A DNA stretch of 64,000 nucleotides, taken from the NCBI GenBank assembly GCA_026395295.1, contig JAPLYZ010000006.1, positions 21,836 to 85,835 of the forward strand. Direction: 5' to 3'. The position numbers and the translations under genes were made by a program. Shown in pieces: positions 25,443-35,124 of this stretch (position 1 is the stretch's first letter; each line of letters opens with the position of its first letter). Under the pieces are notes generated by a model that saw nothing but the letters and a program-made list of their open reading frames with translations, had not been told where the DNA came from and did not search any database. This stretch comes from Candidatus Staskawiczbacteria bacterium. Its GTDB lineage: Bacteria > Patescibacteriota > Minisyncoccia > Minisyncoccales > Staskawiczbacteraceae.

Positions 25443-27383
25443 ATGAAAGCAACAAATATATTATCAGTATTTTTATTATTTTTATTTATTCCATTGGTCG
25501 CCGGAGCTTCTTTGAATGCCAATCTATATTATGGCTTAAAAAATAATAACGACGTCAGAACGCTTCAGCAATATTTAATTAGCAAGGGATTTTTTACCGG
25601 TTCAGCAACCGGCAACTTTTTTTCTTTGACTCTCGGGGGTGTTAAAAAATATCAGACAAGCAAGAGCATAAATTCAACAGGATATGTCGGACCCTTGACT
25701 CGGCAAGCAATAAACACCGATTTGTCGGGTATTGCGCCGGCATCACCTGCGCTATCTGCATCTAATTTACCTTCGCTTACAGGCTCGTTAGATTTATCAC
25801 AAGACGCATTATATTCTAACCAAACAGTTATGGCCCCTAAAACAAAGCTAAGATTAGCCGGTTTCACTTTGAAAAACAATACAACCGAGACAATAAATCT
25901 TAAAACAATAGAGGTTGATTTTGCAATAGGCTCTAATTTGTATGTTGCCAATAATTACATAACAAATTTGTATGCGATTTGCGGAGATAAACAAACAGGT
26001 GCCTTGGGCGCAGTGTCTCATAATAATTATTTGTCGGTTGACTCTCAGCTGGCAGCCGGGAAAACAATTGACCTGTCTATTTACGGAGATATAAACTCTT
26101 CAGTCCCGACAGGTTCGGCTATTAATACTAGTGTATTGGCGTCTGGCGTGTCTGTCATTTCCGGAACCGCGGTCAGTACCAACTCAAATGTTGTTCTGGC
26201 TGGGCAAAACATATCTTTTGGAACAAGCTCGTTTGCCGTAGGGCAAGACAGTTCAACTCCTGCGTTAAAAATAGTTTCAATGGGTCAGAGAGTTGTTGCC
26301 GGTAAATTTCAATTCACTTCAACAAACGATTCTTATACAATATTGGAATTAAAGTTTATTGTCCCAAACTCTCAATTCGCTTCAGCAATATCTGGAGCAG
26401 TTCTGTCAGACACCTCATCGGCAACCCCGTCATCACCAAAGCCGACATCTACTGTTTATTACAATGGTTTTTCTATTTTAGATTTTAACTTAAGCGTTTT
26501 AGTCCCGGCCAATTCTTCAAAGTCATTAACTTTATATTACGATTTGAACGCTCTCGCGACTTCGGTCGGAACCAACTTGAACATGGCTCCCACATTAGCC
26601 TATGTTAAGGCTGCAAACGGAGAAGGAGTTTTTATTGATGGCGTTGCTAAGAATTACAACAATAATATAGTTACTCGTTACAACGGTATTACGCTTCCGG
26701 ATGTCGGGGTGCTGGTTAATGGTATTTATTTATTCAAAAGTATTCCGATTTTTACAGCAGCTGCGTCCAGTGCCAGCGTAGCAGATGGCTCAAACGCAAA
26801 TCTTTATACTTTCAATGTCGCTGCTGATCAAAACGGAGATATTTCTATAAAACAAATAATGTTTAAAATTTCAATAAGCGATCCGAAAAACAGCTACCCA
26901 AACCTTACAAACTTTACCTTTTTAAAAAATGGCTCTGATTATACCAGCTCGGTGGCTATTAGTAATGACGTGAATGATATAAGTGTAAGTATGGCCAACA
27001 TTGGCATTGGAGTCGGGGCGAATACAGTGGTGTTGACTTTTAACGAAGAAGAAACAATTTCGGCAGGAAAAAATGCAACGTATATCCTAAAAGCAAAGGT
27101 AAACAATTTTTTGTCGTCTTCTTCTGTTTCAACCTATATTCCATCGGATGGCGCTATATCAACCAACGGAAATTATTTAAGAATGACGTTTACTAATATC
27201 TACGGATTGTCACAAATTCCCTCAGACCTTTATGTGGTAAACTATAATTTGTTATGGTCTGACAGGTCAAACATTGCTTTTTTTCCTCATAGCGGCGCAA
27301 ACGGCTATTCGACAGGGGATTGGTATAACGGGTTTAAGGTCTCAGGCTTGCCCTCAACAGCTCAAACCGTTACAGCTAAATAA
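25443..27383 (+). CDS. Large secreted protein with an N-terminal peptidoglycan-binding domain
   Basis: Signal peptide. PG_binding_1-like NDVRTLQQYLISKGFF...GGVKKYQ. The long S/T/N-rich beta-type region has no other motif. Confidence 0.75.
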   Translation: MKATNILSVFLLFLFIPLVAGASLNANLYYGLKNNNDVRTLQQYLISKGFFTGSATGNFFSLTLGGVKKYQTSKSINSTGYVGPLTRQAINTDLSGIAPASPALSASNLPSLTGSLDLSQDALYSNQTVMAPKTKLRLAGFTLKNNTTETINLKTIEVDFAIGSNLYVANNYITNLYAICGDKQTGALGAVSHNNYLSVDSQLAAGKTIDLSIYGDINSSVPTGSAINTSVLASGVSVISGTAVSTNSNVVLAGQNISFGTSSFAVGQDSSTPALKIVSMGQRVVAGKFQFTSTNDSYTILELKFIVPNSQFASAISGAVLSDTSSATPSSPKPTSTVYYNGFSILDFNLSVLVPANSSKSLTLYYDLNALATSVGTNLNMAPTLAYVKAANGEGVFIDGVAKNYNNNIVTRYNGITLPDVGVLVNGIYLFKSIPIFTAAASSASVADGSNANLYTFNVAADQNGDISIKQIMFKISISDPKNSYPNLTNFTFLKNGSDYTSSVAISNDVNDISVSMANIGIGVGANTVVLTFNEEETISAGKNATYILKAKVNNFLSSSSVSTYIPSDGAISTNGNYLRMTFTNIYGLSQIPSDLYVVNYNLLWSDRSNIAFFPHSGANGYSTGDWYNGFKVSGLPSTAQTVTAK

Positions 27384-27388
27384 AAAAA

Positions 27389-28294
27389 ATGATTTACTGG
27401 TTGGTAACAATAATCTCGGCTTATCTTTTTTTTGCTTTCGCGTCATTGTGCGATAAGTTGGTTTTAGCTGGAAAACCGAAGCCCGCTTCGTACACATTTT
27501 ACGTTGGCGCCTTCAGTCTGTTTGTGGTTTTTCTTATGCCATTCACAAAATTTGGTTTTCCCAGCTCTGGGGAGCTGATTTGGGTTGTATTAGACGCTGT
27601 CGTCCATATAGCCGGTTTGTATGCGATGTTTGTTGCTATACAAAGGTTTGACGTTTCTAAGGTTGTGGCAACCATAGGAGCCACTCAGCCTATATTTATT
27701 TTGCTTCTAACGTGGTTTTTTTGGGGGCCGCAGGCTATTCCCGCGATAGATATTCTGGCTTTCGGCATATTGTTTTTGGGCAGTATTATTATTTCCGTTG
27801 AAAAAAATTCTAAAGTCACTGCCGATTATCTGAAGATTACTGTAATCTCTTCCTTGATGTTTTCTTTAGATTACATTTTTTCCAAGATTGTTTTTCTAGA
27901 CCAGCCCTTTTTACAGGGAATTATCTGGATAAGGATATTCGTGTTCCTGCTCGTTTTGCTTTTTCTTTTATCAAGAAAGTCCAGAAAAGAAATTCTTTCA
28001 AGACAGACCCTCTCTAATAAAAAAACGCAGATAGCTTTTTTTGCTGCGCAATTGCTGGGCGGAGCAGCCAATTTTTTACAAAGTCTTGCTATATCCTTGG
28101 CTCCGGTAGCTTTTTTGGCAACAGTAAATTCTCTTAGAGGGATCCAGTATGTCTTTCTTTTTATAGCGACTCTTATTACCTCTATTTTTTTACCGAAGAT
28201 CCTAAAGGAAACGCTATCAAAGAAGGTTGTTGCGCAAAAAGTTATTTCCATTGCGTTGATAGCAGTCGGTCTATCTATACTTGTAGTCCGCTAA
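27389..28294 (+). CDS. EamA/DMT-family transporter
   Basis: 301 aa, about 10 TM helices, with two-fold internal symmetry typical of DMT. Confidence 0.75.
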   Translation: MIYWLVTIISAYLFFAFASLCDKLVLAGKPKPASYTFYVGAFSLFVVFLMPFTKFGFPSSGELIWVVLDAVVHIAGLYAMFVAIQRFDVSKVVATIGATQPIFILLLTWFFWGPQAIPAIDILAFGILFLGSIIISVEKNSKVTADYLKITVISSLMFSLDYIFSKIVFLDQPFLQGIIWIRIFVFLLVLLFLLSRKSRKEILSRQTLSNKKTQIAFFAAQLLGGAANFLQSLAISLAPVAFLATVNSLRGIQYVFLFIATLITSIFLPKILKETLSKKVVAQKVISIALIAVGLSILVVR

Positions 28295-28301
28295 GCAAAA
28301 T

Positions 28302-28331
28302 AAAAACTCCTGAAATTAATCAGGAGTTTTT
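28302..28331. terminator. Bidirectional intrinsic terminator
   Basis: A-run, then actcctga-aattaa-tcaggagt, then T-run, between convergent genes. Confidence 0.75.
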
Positions 28332-28345
28332 ATTTTGCTGTCCAG

Positions 28346-28606
28346 TTAGGACAAATGCTTTGAAACTAATTTTGTCATCTCAAACATATCAACTACGGCT
28401 TTTCCGCCAAAAACCACTTTTAACTTGGCGTCAGCGATTATGTTTCTCTTTGCTTTTGGGTCCTGTAAATTGTTTTTTTTGATGTATGCCCAAAGTTTTT
28501 TTACAACTTCAGACCTTGGCATCGGGCCCTTTCCTACAACTGCCTCTAAATCAGCGGACAGTTTTAACGGCTTCATGAAAGCCGAGTTTGCCTTTTTTGC
28601 TGGCAT
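28346..28606 (-). CDS. SWIB/MDM2-domain protein
   Basis: PLKLSADLEAVVGKGPMPRSEVVKKLWAYIKKNNLQDPKAKRNIIADAKLKVVFG is a classic SWIB pattern. The internal ATG (MPAKKANS) is preferred. Confidence 0.85.
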   Translation of the reverse strand: MPAKKANSAFMKPLKLSADLEAVVGKGPMPRSEVVKKLWAYIKKNNLQDPKAKRNIIADAKLKVVFGGKAVVDMFEMTKLVSKHLS

Positions 28607-28850
28607 TATTTTAACCGCTCGTTTAGTGATTTTTCTGCCTCGTTCAGTCCATTGCAATAAAGACTGAACAAATTGAAAAAATTACTTATCGCCCGGTTTT
28701 TAATTAATTACCTTAATAATATTACCTCTATACTCTTATATTGGCATATATCCCCCTGTAAAGCAAGGTTGTCAACCATTTTTCAATGGATTTTATCCAC
28801 ATATGGGGGCTTGTATTCGTCTTTATTCTGGGGTAAAATAATAGAATAAC

Positions 28851-30014
28851 ATGAGTAATAAAATTGTCATACAAGACCTGCCTACCGGTCAGGCAGGCAA
28901 AAAGGAGAAAGAATTGATTAAGGAATTAGAGAAAAGGACCGACATAAAAGCAGAGAGAATAAAAAGGCTTTTAAAACTCCCAGACCTGACAAAAAAGGAA
29001 AACTCTCCTGTAAAAATTTTGTTTGACCAAATTTTAAAACTTCCAAGGTTTAAGGACTTTGATTTGATTGACTTCCCAAAAATAATAAGTGTTGAGGACG
29101 ACTTCGACCTCTTGAACACGCCGAAAGACCACCCCAGCAGAAGGGAAACAGATACCTATTATGTGAACGACAAATACGTTTTGCGGACGCAAATGACAGC
29201 TATGTGGTCTTTTTATTTGAAAGACCAGGAAGTTTTGAAACGGCTGGAAAAGAGCGGGCAGATTGCAGTGTTGGCTCCTGGAATTGTTTACAGAAAAGAT
29301 GAAATTGATAAGCATCATTTTCCGGCTTTTCACCAAATTGACGGATTGTTAATTTGCAAAAAATCCCAGAAAATTATTACTCAGCAGGATTTGAAAGATG
29401 TGCAGGTTGACTTGGCTCAGGGTATTTTTGGCAAAGACATAGAATATAAATTTTTGGATGATGAATTTCCTTACACGGTTGAAAGTTTGGAAATGGATAT
29501 TATGTTTAACGGAGATTGGATGGAAGTTAACGGAGCCGGGCTTGTGAATCCCGTGGTTATGAAAAATTTCGGTATTGATCCGGAAGTTTATAATGGCTGG
29601 GCGTTTGGTTTTGGTGAAAGGCTGGCTATGATAAAAATGGGAATTCCCGACATCAGAATTTTGTGGTCAGAGGACCCGAGAATTACCAGTCAGTTCAAGG
29701 ACATAAACAGTAAATTTAAAGAAGTCAGTAAATATCCGCCGATTTCACGGGACATTTCTTTTATAATTGATAAAAATATAAACCTGAACAATTATTACGA
29801 GATTGTTCGCGACTTTGCCGAAAATTTAATTGAGGAGGTGAAACTCTTAGACAGCTACGAAAACGAGGAAAAGTTTGGAAAAGACAAAAAAAGTTATACA
29901 TTCAGAATTATTTATCGTTCGCCGGAAAAAACTTTAACCAATGAGGAGATAAATGTTATTCAAGAAAAAATCCGCGCCAAAACTGCCCAGGACCTAAGTG
30001 CAGTTTTACGCTAA
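28851..30014 (+). CDS. pheS: Phenylalanine--tRNA ligase, monomeric (mitochondrial-like) architecture: alpha-type catalytic core fused to an FDX-ACB domain
   Basis: Class II motifs (DHPSRRETDTYY, FPAFHQIDG, GFGERLAM). A ~100-aa C-terminal KYPPISRDISFIID...KKSYTFRIIYRSPEKTLTNEEIN is the FDX-ACB domain normally found in PheT. No pheT is adjacent. Confidence 0.8.
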   Translation: MSNKIVIQDLPTGQAGKKEKELIKELEKRTDIKAERIKRLLKLPDLTKKENSPVKILFDQILKLPRFKDFDLIDFPKIISVEDDFDLLNTPKDHPSRRETDTYYVNDKYVLRTQMTAMWSFYLKDQEVLKRLEKSGQIAVLAPGIVYRKDEIDKHHFPAFHQIDGLLICKKSQKIITQQDLKDVQVDLAQGIFGKDIEYKFLDDEFPYTVESLEMDIMFNGDWMEVNGAGLVNPVVMKNFGIDPEVYNGWAFGFGERLAMIKMGIPDIRILWSEDPRITSQFKDINSKFKEVSKYPPISRDISFIIDKNINLNNYYEIVRDFAENLIEEVKLLDSYENEEKFGKDKKSYTFRIIYRSPEKTLTNEEINVIQEKIRAKTAQDLSAVLR

Positions 30015-30024
30015 AATAAAAGTT

Positions 30025-32166
30025 ATGAAATTAAATATAAAATCTAAAGACGAGCCCGACAAAAACGTAAAACGCATTTTGACGGGCAGGGAGGTCGAGA
30101 AAAAGGAAGTTCCAAAGCCAGAAAAGAAAGTGGTAGAGAATTTGTCGAACGACAAAAAACCAACCACTTTGAAAAAGGAGGAGCGAAAAGCTGAAATCAT
30201 AAAAGAGCCGGTGAAGTCAGAGATTGAGCCGCCAACCGGGTCGGAACCCAAGAAAAAAAGGAAAGAAGGGGAGTATACTGCAAAAGACATCTATGTCTTG
30301 AAAGGTTTAGAGCCTGTCAGATTAAGGCCGGGAATGTATATTGGTTCTACCGGAGTAGATGGTCTGCACCACTTGATTTGGGAGGTTGTGGACAATTGTT
30401 TAGACGAAGCCATGGCCGGTTACGCCAAAAATATTGAAGTTACCTTGTTGCCAAACAGCAGAGTAAAAATTTCTGATGATGGCAGGGGAATTCCGGTTGA
30501 AAAACATCCTGACACCGGTAAATCAACGCTGGAAACGGTTTTGACAACATTGCATGCCGGAGGAAAATTCGGCGGGGAAGCCTATAAGGTCTCCGGCGGA
30601 TTACACGGAGTTGGAATTTCTGTTGTCTGCGCACTGTCAACTTATATGCTTTCTCACGTTGAGCGCGATGGAGGAATCTATGAGCAGGAATATTTCAGAG
30701 GAAAGCCAAAAGCCAATGTAAAGAAAATTGGCGATTCAAAGAGAACAGGGACTACTCAAACCTTTGATGCCGACCCTCAGATTTTTTCAAAAATAGAATA
30801 CGACCCAAAAAGAATTCTAAGTCATTTGCGCCAACAGGCATATTTAACCAAAGGCGTAAGGATAACTTTTAAAGACGAAAGAATAAAAGGCCAGGAAACC
30901 AGTTATGATTTTTATTTTGAAGGAGGAGTTGGTTCGTATGTAAAATATCTGGTTCAAGGAAACACCCCAAGGCATCCGAATATTTTCTCCATTGCCGCGG
31001 AGAAAGAGGGAATTTGGGTTGAAGCGGCTTTTCAGTATACGCAGGAAATGGAATGCACCGAGGAATCTTTTGCCAACAACATTTATACAGTTGAGGGCGG
31101 AACTCACATTTCCGGTTTCCGCACATCTTTAACAAGGTCATTGAATGATTACGCCAGGCGCGAAGGGTTTTTGAAGGAAAAAGATGAAAATTTTTCCGGA
31201 GACGATGTCAGGGAAGGTTTAACTGCTGTTGTTTCTGTAAAAATTAGAACTCCGCAATTTGAAGGTCAGACAAAAGCAAAGCTGGGGAATCCGGAAGCTA
31301 AAAATGCCGTTGAAGCGGCAACCTCCGAAGGGTTGTCAGATTATTTGGAAAGAAATCCTTCAGACGCCAGATCAATCATAGAAAACTGTTTACTGGCGAC
31401 CAAGGCCAGGTTAGCTGCAAAGGCAGCAAGACAAACGGTTTTGAGAAAGGGCGCTCTAGAGGGGTTAGCTCTGCCGGGAAAGCTGGCCGATTGCTTGTCG
31501 CGCAAACCGGAAGAGTCGGAAATTTATATCGTTGAGGGAGATTCTGCCGGCGGTTCCAGCAAAATGGCTCGAGACAGAAGATTTCAGGCAATTCTGCCTT
31601 TGCGCGGGAAAATTTTGAATGTGGAAAGAGCAAGATTAGACAAAATGCTGGTATCAAAAGAAATCAAAGCGTTAATTATTGCCATGGGAACCGGCATTGG
31701 AGAAGATTTTGATATTACGAAATTAAGATATCATAGAATTGTAATTATGACCGATGCCGACGTTGATGGGGCTCATATCCGCACATTGCTTTTGACGTTT
31801 TTTTACAGGCACTTCAAACCGGTTGTTGATGCTGGCCATATTTACATTGCTCAACCGCCTCTTTATAAAATTCAGTCTGGTAAAAATGTTCAGTATGCTT
31901 ATACAGATGAGCAAAGAGACAAAATTTTGAAAGATATTGGCAAAGTTTCTGTGTCTATACAGCGCTATAAGGGCTTGGGAGAAATGAATCCCGAACAGCT
32001 TTGGGAAACAACAATGAATCCGGAAAACAGAACTTTGTTGCAGGTTGCAGTTGAAGAAGCCCACGTGGCAGACAAAACTTTGGATATTTTAATGGGCGAG
32101 GAAGTTGAACCTCGAAAGAAATTTATTCAAACTCACGCTAAAGCCGCAAGAAATATAGATATATAA
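30025..32166 (+). CDS. gyrB: DNA gyrase subunit B with a ~80-aa Lys/Glu-rich N-terminal extension
   Basis: VLKGLEPVRLRPGMYIGST, GHKL ATPase, Toprim EGDSAGG, PLRGKILNVE, and C-terminal QRYKGLGEMNPEQLWETTM. Confidence 0.95.
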   Translation: MKLNIKSKDEPDKNVKRILTGREVEKKEVPKPEKKVVENLSNDKKPTTLKKEERKAEIIKEPVKSEIEPPTGSEPKKKRKEGEYTAKDIYVLKGLEPVRLRPGMYIGSTGVDGLHHLIWEVVDNCLDEAMAGYAKNIEVTLLPNSRVKISDDGRGIPVEKHPDTGKSTLETVLTTLHAGGKFGGEAYKVSGGLHGVGISVVCALSTYMLSHVERDGGIYEQEYFRGKPKANVKKIGDSKRTGTTQTFDADPQIFSKIEYDPKRILSHLRQQAYLTKGVRITFKDERIKGQETSYDFYFEGGVGSYVKYLVQGNTPRHPNIFSIAAEKEGIWVEAAFQYTQEMECTEESFANNIYTVEGGTHISGFRTSLTRSLNDYARREGFLKEKDENFSGDDVREGLTAVVSVKIRTPQFEGQTKAKLGNPEAKNAVEAATSEGLSDYLERNPSDARSIIENCLLATKARLAAKAARQTVLRKGALEGLALPGKLADCLSRKPEESEIYIVEGDSAGGSSKMARDRRFQAILPLRGKILNVERARLDKMLVSKEIKALIIAMGTGIGEDFDITKLRYHRIVIMTDADVDGAHIRTLLLTFFYRHFKPVVDAGHIYIAQPPLYKIQSGKNVQYAYTDEQRDKILKDIGKVSVSIQRYKGLGEMNPEQLWETTMNPENRTLLQVAVEEAHVADKTLDILMGEEVEPRKKFIQTHAKAARNIDI

Positions 32167-32172
32167 AAAATT

Positions 32173-33744
32173 ATGGATTTGCATCTTCTCATACATAACA
32201 TTGGTTTTATCGTCGGAGCAGCCATAGGCTTATCAATGGGTATTTTTGTATTATCCAGAAACCCGCGTCGCCCTTTGAATATTTTGTTTTTCCTCACCGC
32301 CTTTTCCACTGTTGTATTCCAGGTGTCCCATATAATCGGCACTAATATCACCGACCCATATCTTTCTCGAAATGTTTTAATGTTTAACGCCGTAAACTTG
32401 TTTATTGTTGTTTTTCTTTTTCACTTCACAGCCGTTTATACGAATCGCAGTCATGAACTTCGTTGGCAAATAACTTGCTCGTATGCTTTCGGAGCCATTC
32501 TGCTCGCTATATATCTCATATTTCCAGATACATTTCTTCTTCCATCTGTGTCGAAAATGTATCTTCCAAACTATTATGTTCCTGGTAGCCTGCATTTTGT
32601 TATGAGGATTTTTTCTAACATCCTTATGCCCGCTTACATTGCATATTTTTGTCTCAGAGAAATCTTCACAACCAACGATCCCATCTTGCGAGTCCGCCTC
32701 AAATATTTTCTTTTTATCCACTCTTATGCATTCGTGCTTGGTTCTCTTGCGGTCTTGCTTGTATACAATATTCAATTTGACCCTGCATGGGCGGCATTAT
32801 GCGGTCTTTATCCTATACCATTTGCCTATGTTATTTTCAAATATGAATTTTTAGATATAAAAATTTATTCTAAAAGAGCCATTGGCTATGCATTTGCCGT
32901 CGGTTTGCTGGCCTTTCTAATTGGTTCAGTCCAGATTGCCAATAAGTATCTTTCTACCCGTTACTCAGATTTTTCCCCCCTCTTTGTATATTTAATTTCT
33001 GCAGTGATAGCTGTAACTATAGGCGTTTTAGTTTGGAAAAGGGCCCGCGAGTCAGATCTCGCAAAGTTTGAGTTCGTAGATATTGTCACTCATAAGTTTA
33101 GAACGCCTCTTACCAGGATTAACTGGTCAATAGAGACATTACGCCAGCGAGAAAAATTTTTTAACGATGACGAAAGGCATGCTATTGAAGCCATTATGCG
33201 TTCGACCACTCAGCTTGTTGAATTGACTAATATGCTTGTGGCCTTAGATGAGTCTGAAAAAAATCCCCTTTTCCACAATGAGAAAATATCTATGCCAAAA
33301 ATAGCAGAAGACATAGTTTTATCCTGTCAGTCAGAAGCGCAGAAAAAAGGCGTGAAGTTGTCCATCAAGGAAGACGTGACTCCACCGGACATATTCATAG
33401 ATAAAAAGCAGATCCACTTTATACTTGGAGTGCTGATAGATAATGCTTTAATATACACGCCGTCGGGAAGAGAGATAACCATTACAATCAAAAAAGAGGG
33501 TAGGACTGTTGCCTGCAATGTGAAAGACGAAGGCATAGGCATTTCTAAAGACGACCAAAATCATATATTCTCTAAATTTTATAGGGCAAAGAACGCTCGG
33601 CACACTTATACCGAAGGGTCTGGTGTTGGATTGTACGTGGCAAGGGCCTTGGCTAAGAGAAATGGCGGCAATATTTTTTTCAAATCAGAGGGAGAAGGCA
33701 AGGGAACCACTTTTACTTTAAAACTGCCAGCGGCAAAAGGCTAG
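32173..33744 (+). CDS. Membrane sensor histidine kinase (orphan)
   Basis: About 8 N-terminal TM helices, H-box THKFRTPLT, and N/G1/G2 boxes (DNALIYTP, DEGIGI, GSGVGL). Confidence 0.9.
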   Translation: MDLHLLIHNIGFIVGAAIGLSMGIFVLSRNPRRPLNILFFLTAFSTVVFQVSHIIGTNITDPYLSRNVLMFNAVNLFIVVFLFHFTAVYTNRSHELRWQITCSYAFGAILLAIYLIFPDTFLLPSVSKMYLPNYYVPGSLHFVMRIFSNILMPAYIAYFCLREIFTTNDPILRVRLKYFLFIHSYAFVLGSLAVLLVYNIQFDPAWAALCGLYPIPFAYVIFKYEFLDIKIYSKRAIGYAFAVGLLAFLIGSVQIANKYLSTRYSDFSPLFVYLISAVIAVTIGVLVWKRARESDLAKFEFVDIVTHKFRTPLTRINWSIETLRQREKFFNDDERHAIEAIMRSTTQLVELTNMLVALDESEKNPLFHNEKISMPKIAEDIVLSCQSEAQKKGVKLSIKEDVTPPDIFIDKKQIHFILGVLIDNALIYTPSGREITITIKKEGRTVACNVKDEGIGISKDDQNHIFSKFYRAKNARHTYTEGSGVGLYVARALAKRNGGNIFFKSEGEGKGTTFTLKLPAAKG

Positions 33745-33776
33745 CTTGCTGAAAGGCTATTGGGGCTTGACAAGGC

Positions 33777-33805
33777 TTGCTTTAAGAGGTAATATATAAA
33801 ACAAT
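33777..33805 (+). promoter_or_regulatory. Promoter of GC-rich cassette F
   Basis: TTGACA (33777-33782), 17-nt spacer, TAATAT (33800-33805). Confidence 0.6.
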
Positions 33806-33858
33806 AGGAGTAGCACTTTGTCAAATCAACAAAACTCCTAAACCCAGAAAGGCCAATT

Positions 33859-34161
33859 ATGAATAAAGTGGAAGCGTTAGTCAGCAGTCAAGGACTATAC
33901 ATTGTGGTCGTGCTGGTCGAGATGGTGTCGGTTTTCCGTCGATCACGCGACAACGCAAAAGAGTTTTTTGTGGTGACCGTAGTCGGTCAAGGTAGTGTTG
34001 GCGCCAACCTGATTGCGGCTGGCAAGGATGCAGGGCTCACGCCCACGGATATTGGCTTTGTTGCCCATAAGCTTCAAATTCCTTTACCCGAAGACGCCGG
34101 CATCCCCGACATGCACGAGCCCCGTGGCAAGGCTAACAGGTTCACCTTCGCCCTTCCGTAA
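33859..34161 (+). CDS. GC-rich cassette F: hypothetical 100-aa protein
   Basis: ORF in a GC-rich block bracketed by its own promoter and terminator, with a weak SD (gaaagg). No motif recognised. Confidence 0.45.
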   Translation: MNKVEALVSSQGLYIVVVLVEMVSVFRRSRDNAKEFFVVTVVGQGSVGANLIAAGKDAGLTPTDIGFVAHKLQIPLPEDAGIPDMHEPRGKANRFTFALP

Positions 34162-34180
34162 GGGTGAACAAAACAGCAAG

Positions 34181-34210
34181 AGCGTTCCACTTGGAGCGCT
34201 TCTTTTTTTT
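34181..34210 (+). terminator. Terminator of cassette F
   Basis: agcgttcca-ct-tggagcgct followed by tctttttttt. Confidence 0.65.
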
Positions 34211-34217
34211 ACAGGTA

Positions 34218-34246
34218 TTGACTTATTGCTTGGCTTAATATAACAT
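34218..34246 (+). promoter_or_regulatory. secE-nusG-rplK promoter
   Basis: TTGACT (34218-34223), 17-nt spacer, TAACAT (34241-34246). Confidence 0.5.
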
Positions 34247-34308
34247 TAAATATAGATGGCCTTCGGGCCTTTTTAAGAACCATAGAAAGTGCTAAAATTT
34301 ATTTAATT

Positions 34309-34503
34309 ATGACAATTACACAAAAAATTAATTTGTTTTTTAAAGAAGTCTGGGTAGAAATGAAGAGGGTGAGCTGGCTTTCGAAAAAGGATATTTGGAG
34401 ATATACGTTGATTGTTCTGGGAGTCACTATTGCGGCAGCAGCCTTTTTGGGCGGGTTAGATTACATTTTTACAGAAATAATTAAAAGGTTTGTTCTAAAA
34501 TAA
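34309..34503 (+). CDS. secE: Preprotein translocase subunit SecE
   Basis: 64 aa, FFKEVWVEMKRVSWLSKKD followed by a single TM helix. It sits immediately upstream of nusG. Confidence 0.9.
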   Translation: MTITQKINLFFKEVWVEMKRVSWLSKKDIWRYTLIVLGVTIAAAAFLGGLDYIFTEIIKRFVLK

Positions 34504-34504
34504 T

Positions 34505-35053
34505 ATGCCAAAACAAGTTATAGAACAGGAAAAAAATTGGTATGTGATTCACACATACTCGGGATACGAGGATGCCGTTGCTAAAAACCTCAAACAAAGG
34601 ATTGAGAGTTTGGGCATGGAAGACAAAATTTTTAATGTTATAGTTCCGAAGGAAAAAAAAATAAAAATTAAAAACGGAAAAAGAAAAGCATACGAGGAGA
34701 AAATTTATCCGGGTTATGTTTTGGTCCAAATGCTGGTAACCGACGAATCGTGGTATGTGGTCAGAAACACCCCCAGAGTTACAGGATTTTTAGGGGCGGG
34801 AACTACTCCAATACCGGTTTCTGCGCCTGATATGGCAGACCTGATGAAGAGAATGGAGGTATCTGAGCCCGAGTTTACAATTGATTTTGAGATTGGAGCT
34901 ACAGTCAAGGTGGTTGACGGGCCGTTTAAGGGTTTTGAAGGAAAAGTTTCAGAGATTGATAAAGAAAGAGGAAAAATTAAAGTTTTAGTTAATATGTTTG
35001 GAAGAGACACTCCGGTTGAACTGGATTCATTACAAATTAAAAAAGTAGAGTAA
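34505..35053 (+). CDS. nusG: Transcription termination/antitermination factor NusG
   Basis: [14 protein letters not shown] domain and a KOW motif ([19 protein letters not shown]). Confidence 0.95.
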   Translation: MPKQVIEQEKNWYVIHTYSGYEDAVAKNLKQRIESLGMEDKIFNVIVPKEKKIKIKNGKRKAYEEKIYPGYVLVQMLVTDESWYVVRNTPRVTGFLGAGTTPIPVSAPDMADLMKRMEVSEPEFTIDFEIGATVKVVDGPFKGFEGKVSEIDKERGKIKVLVNMFGRDTPVELDSLQIKKVE

Positions 35054-35084
35054 ATTATGCTCGGCAACAAACTTTTTTCCGTTG

Positions 35085-35124
35085 CTGGTAACCCCCTTTG
35101 TCGCTGTGGCGACAAGTGGACCAG
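35085..35124 (+). promoter_or_regulatory. GC-rich structured element in the nusG-rplK spacer (possible r-protein leader)
   Basis: Perfect hairpin ttgtcgc-tgtg-gcgacaa nested inside a ctggt...accag stem. Confidence 0.3.

Noticed and set aside
28763-28778. aaggttgtcaaccat in the SWIB/pheS intergenic region, as a fourth copy of the aggttgtcatatgacaacct element.
   Set aside because: Only the 5-7-nt half-site is shared and the spacing is collapsed. It is too short to distinguish from chance.
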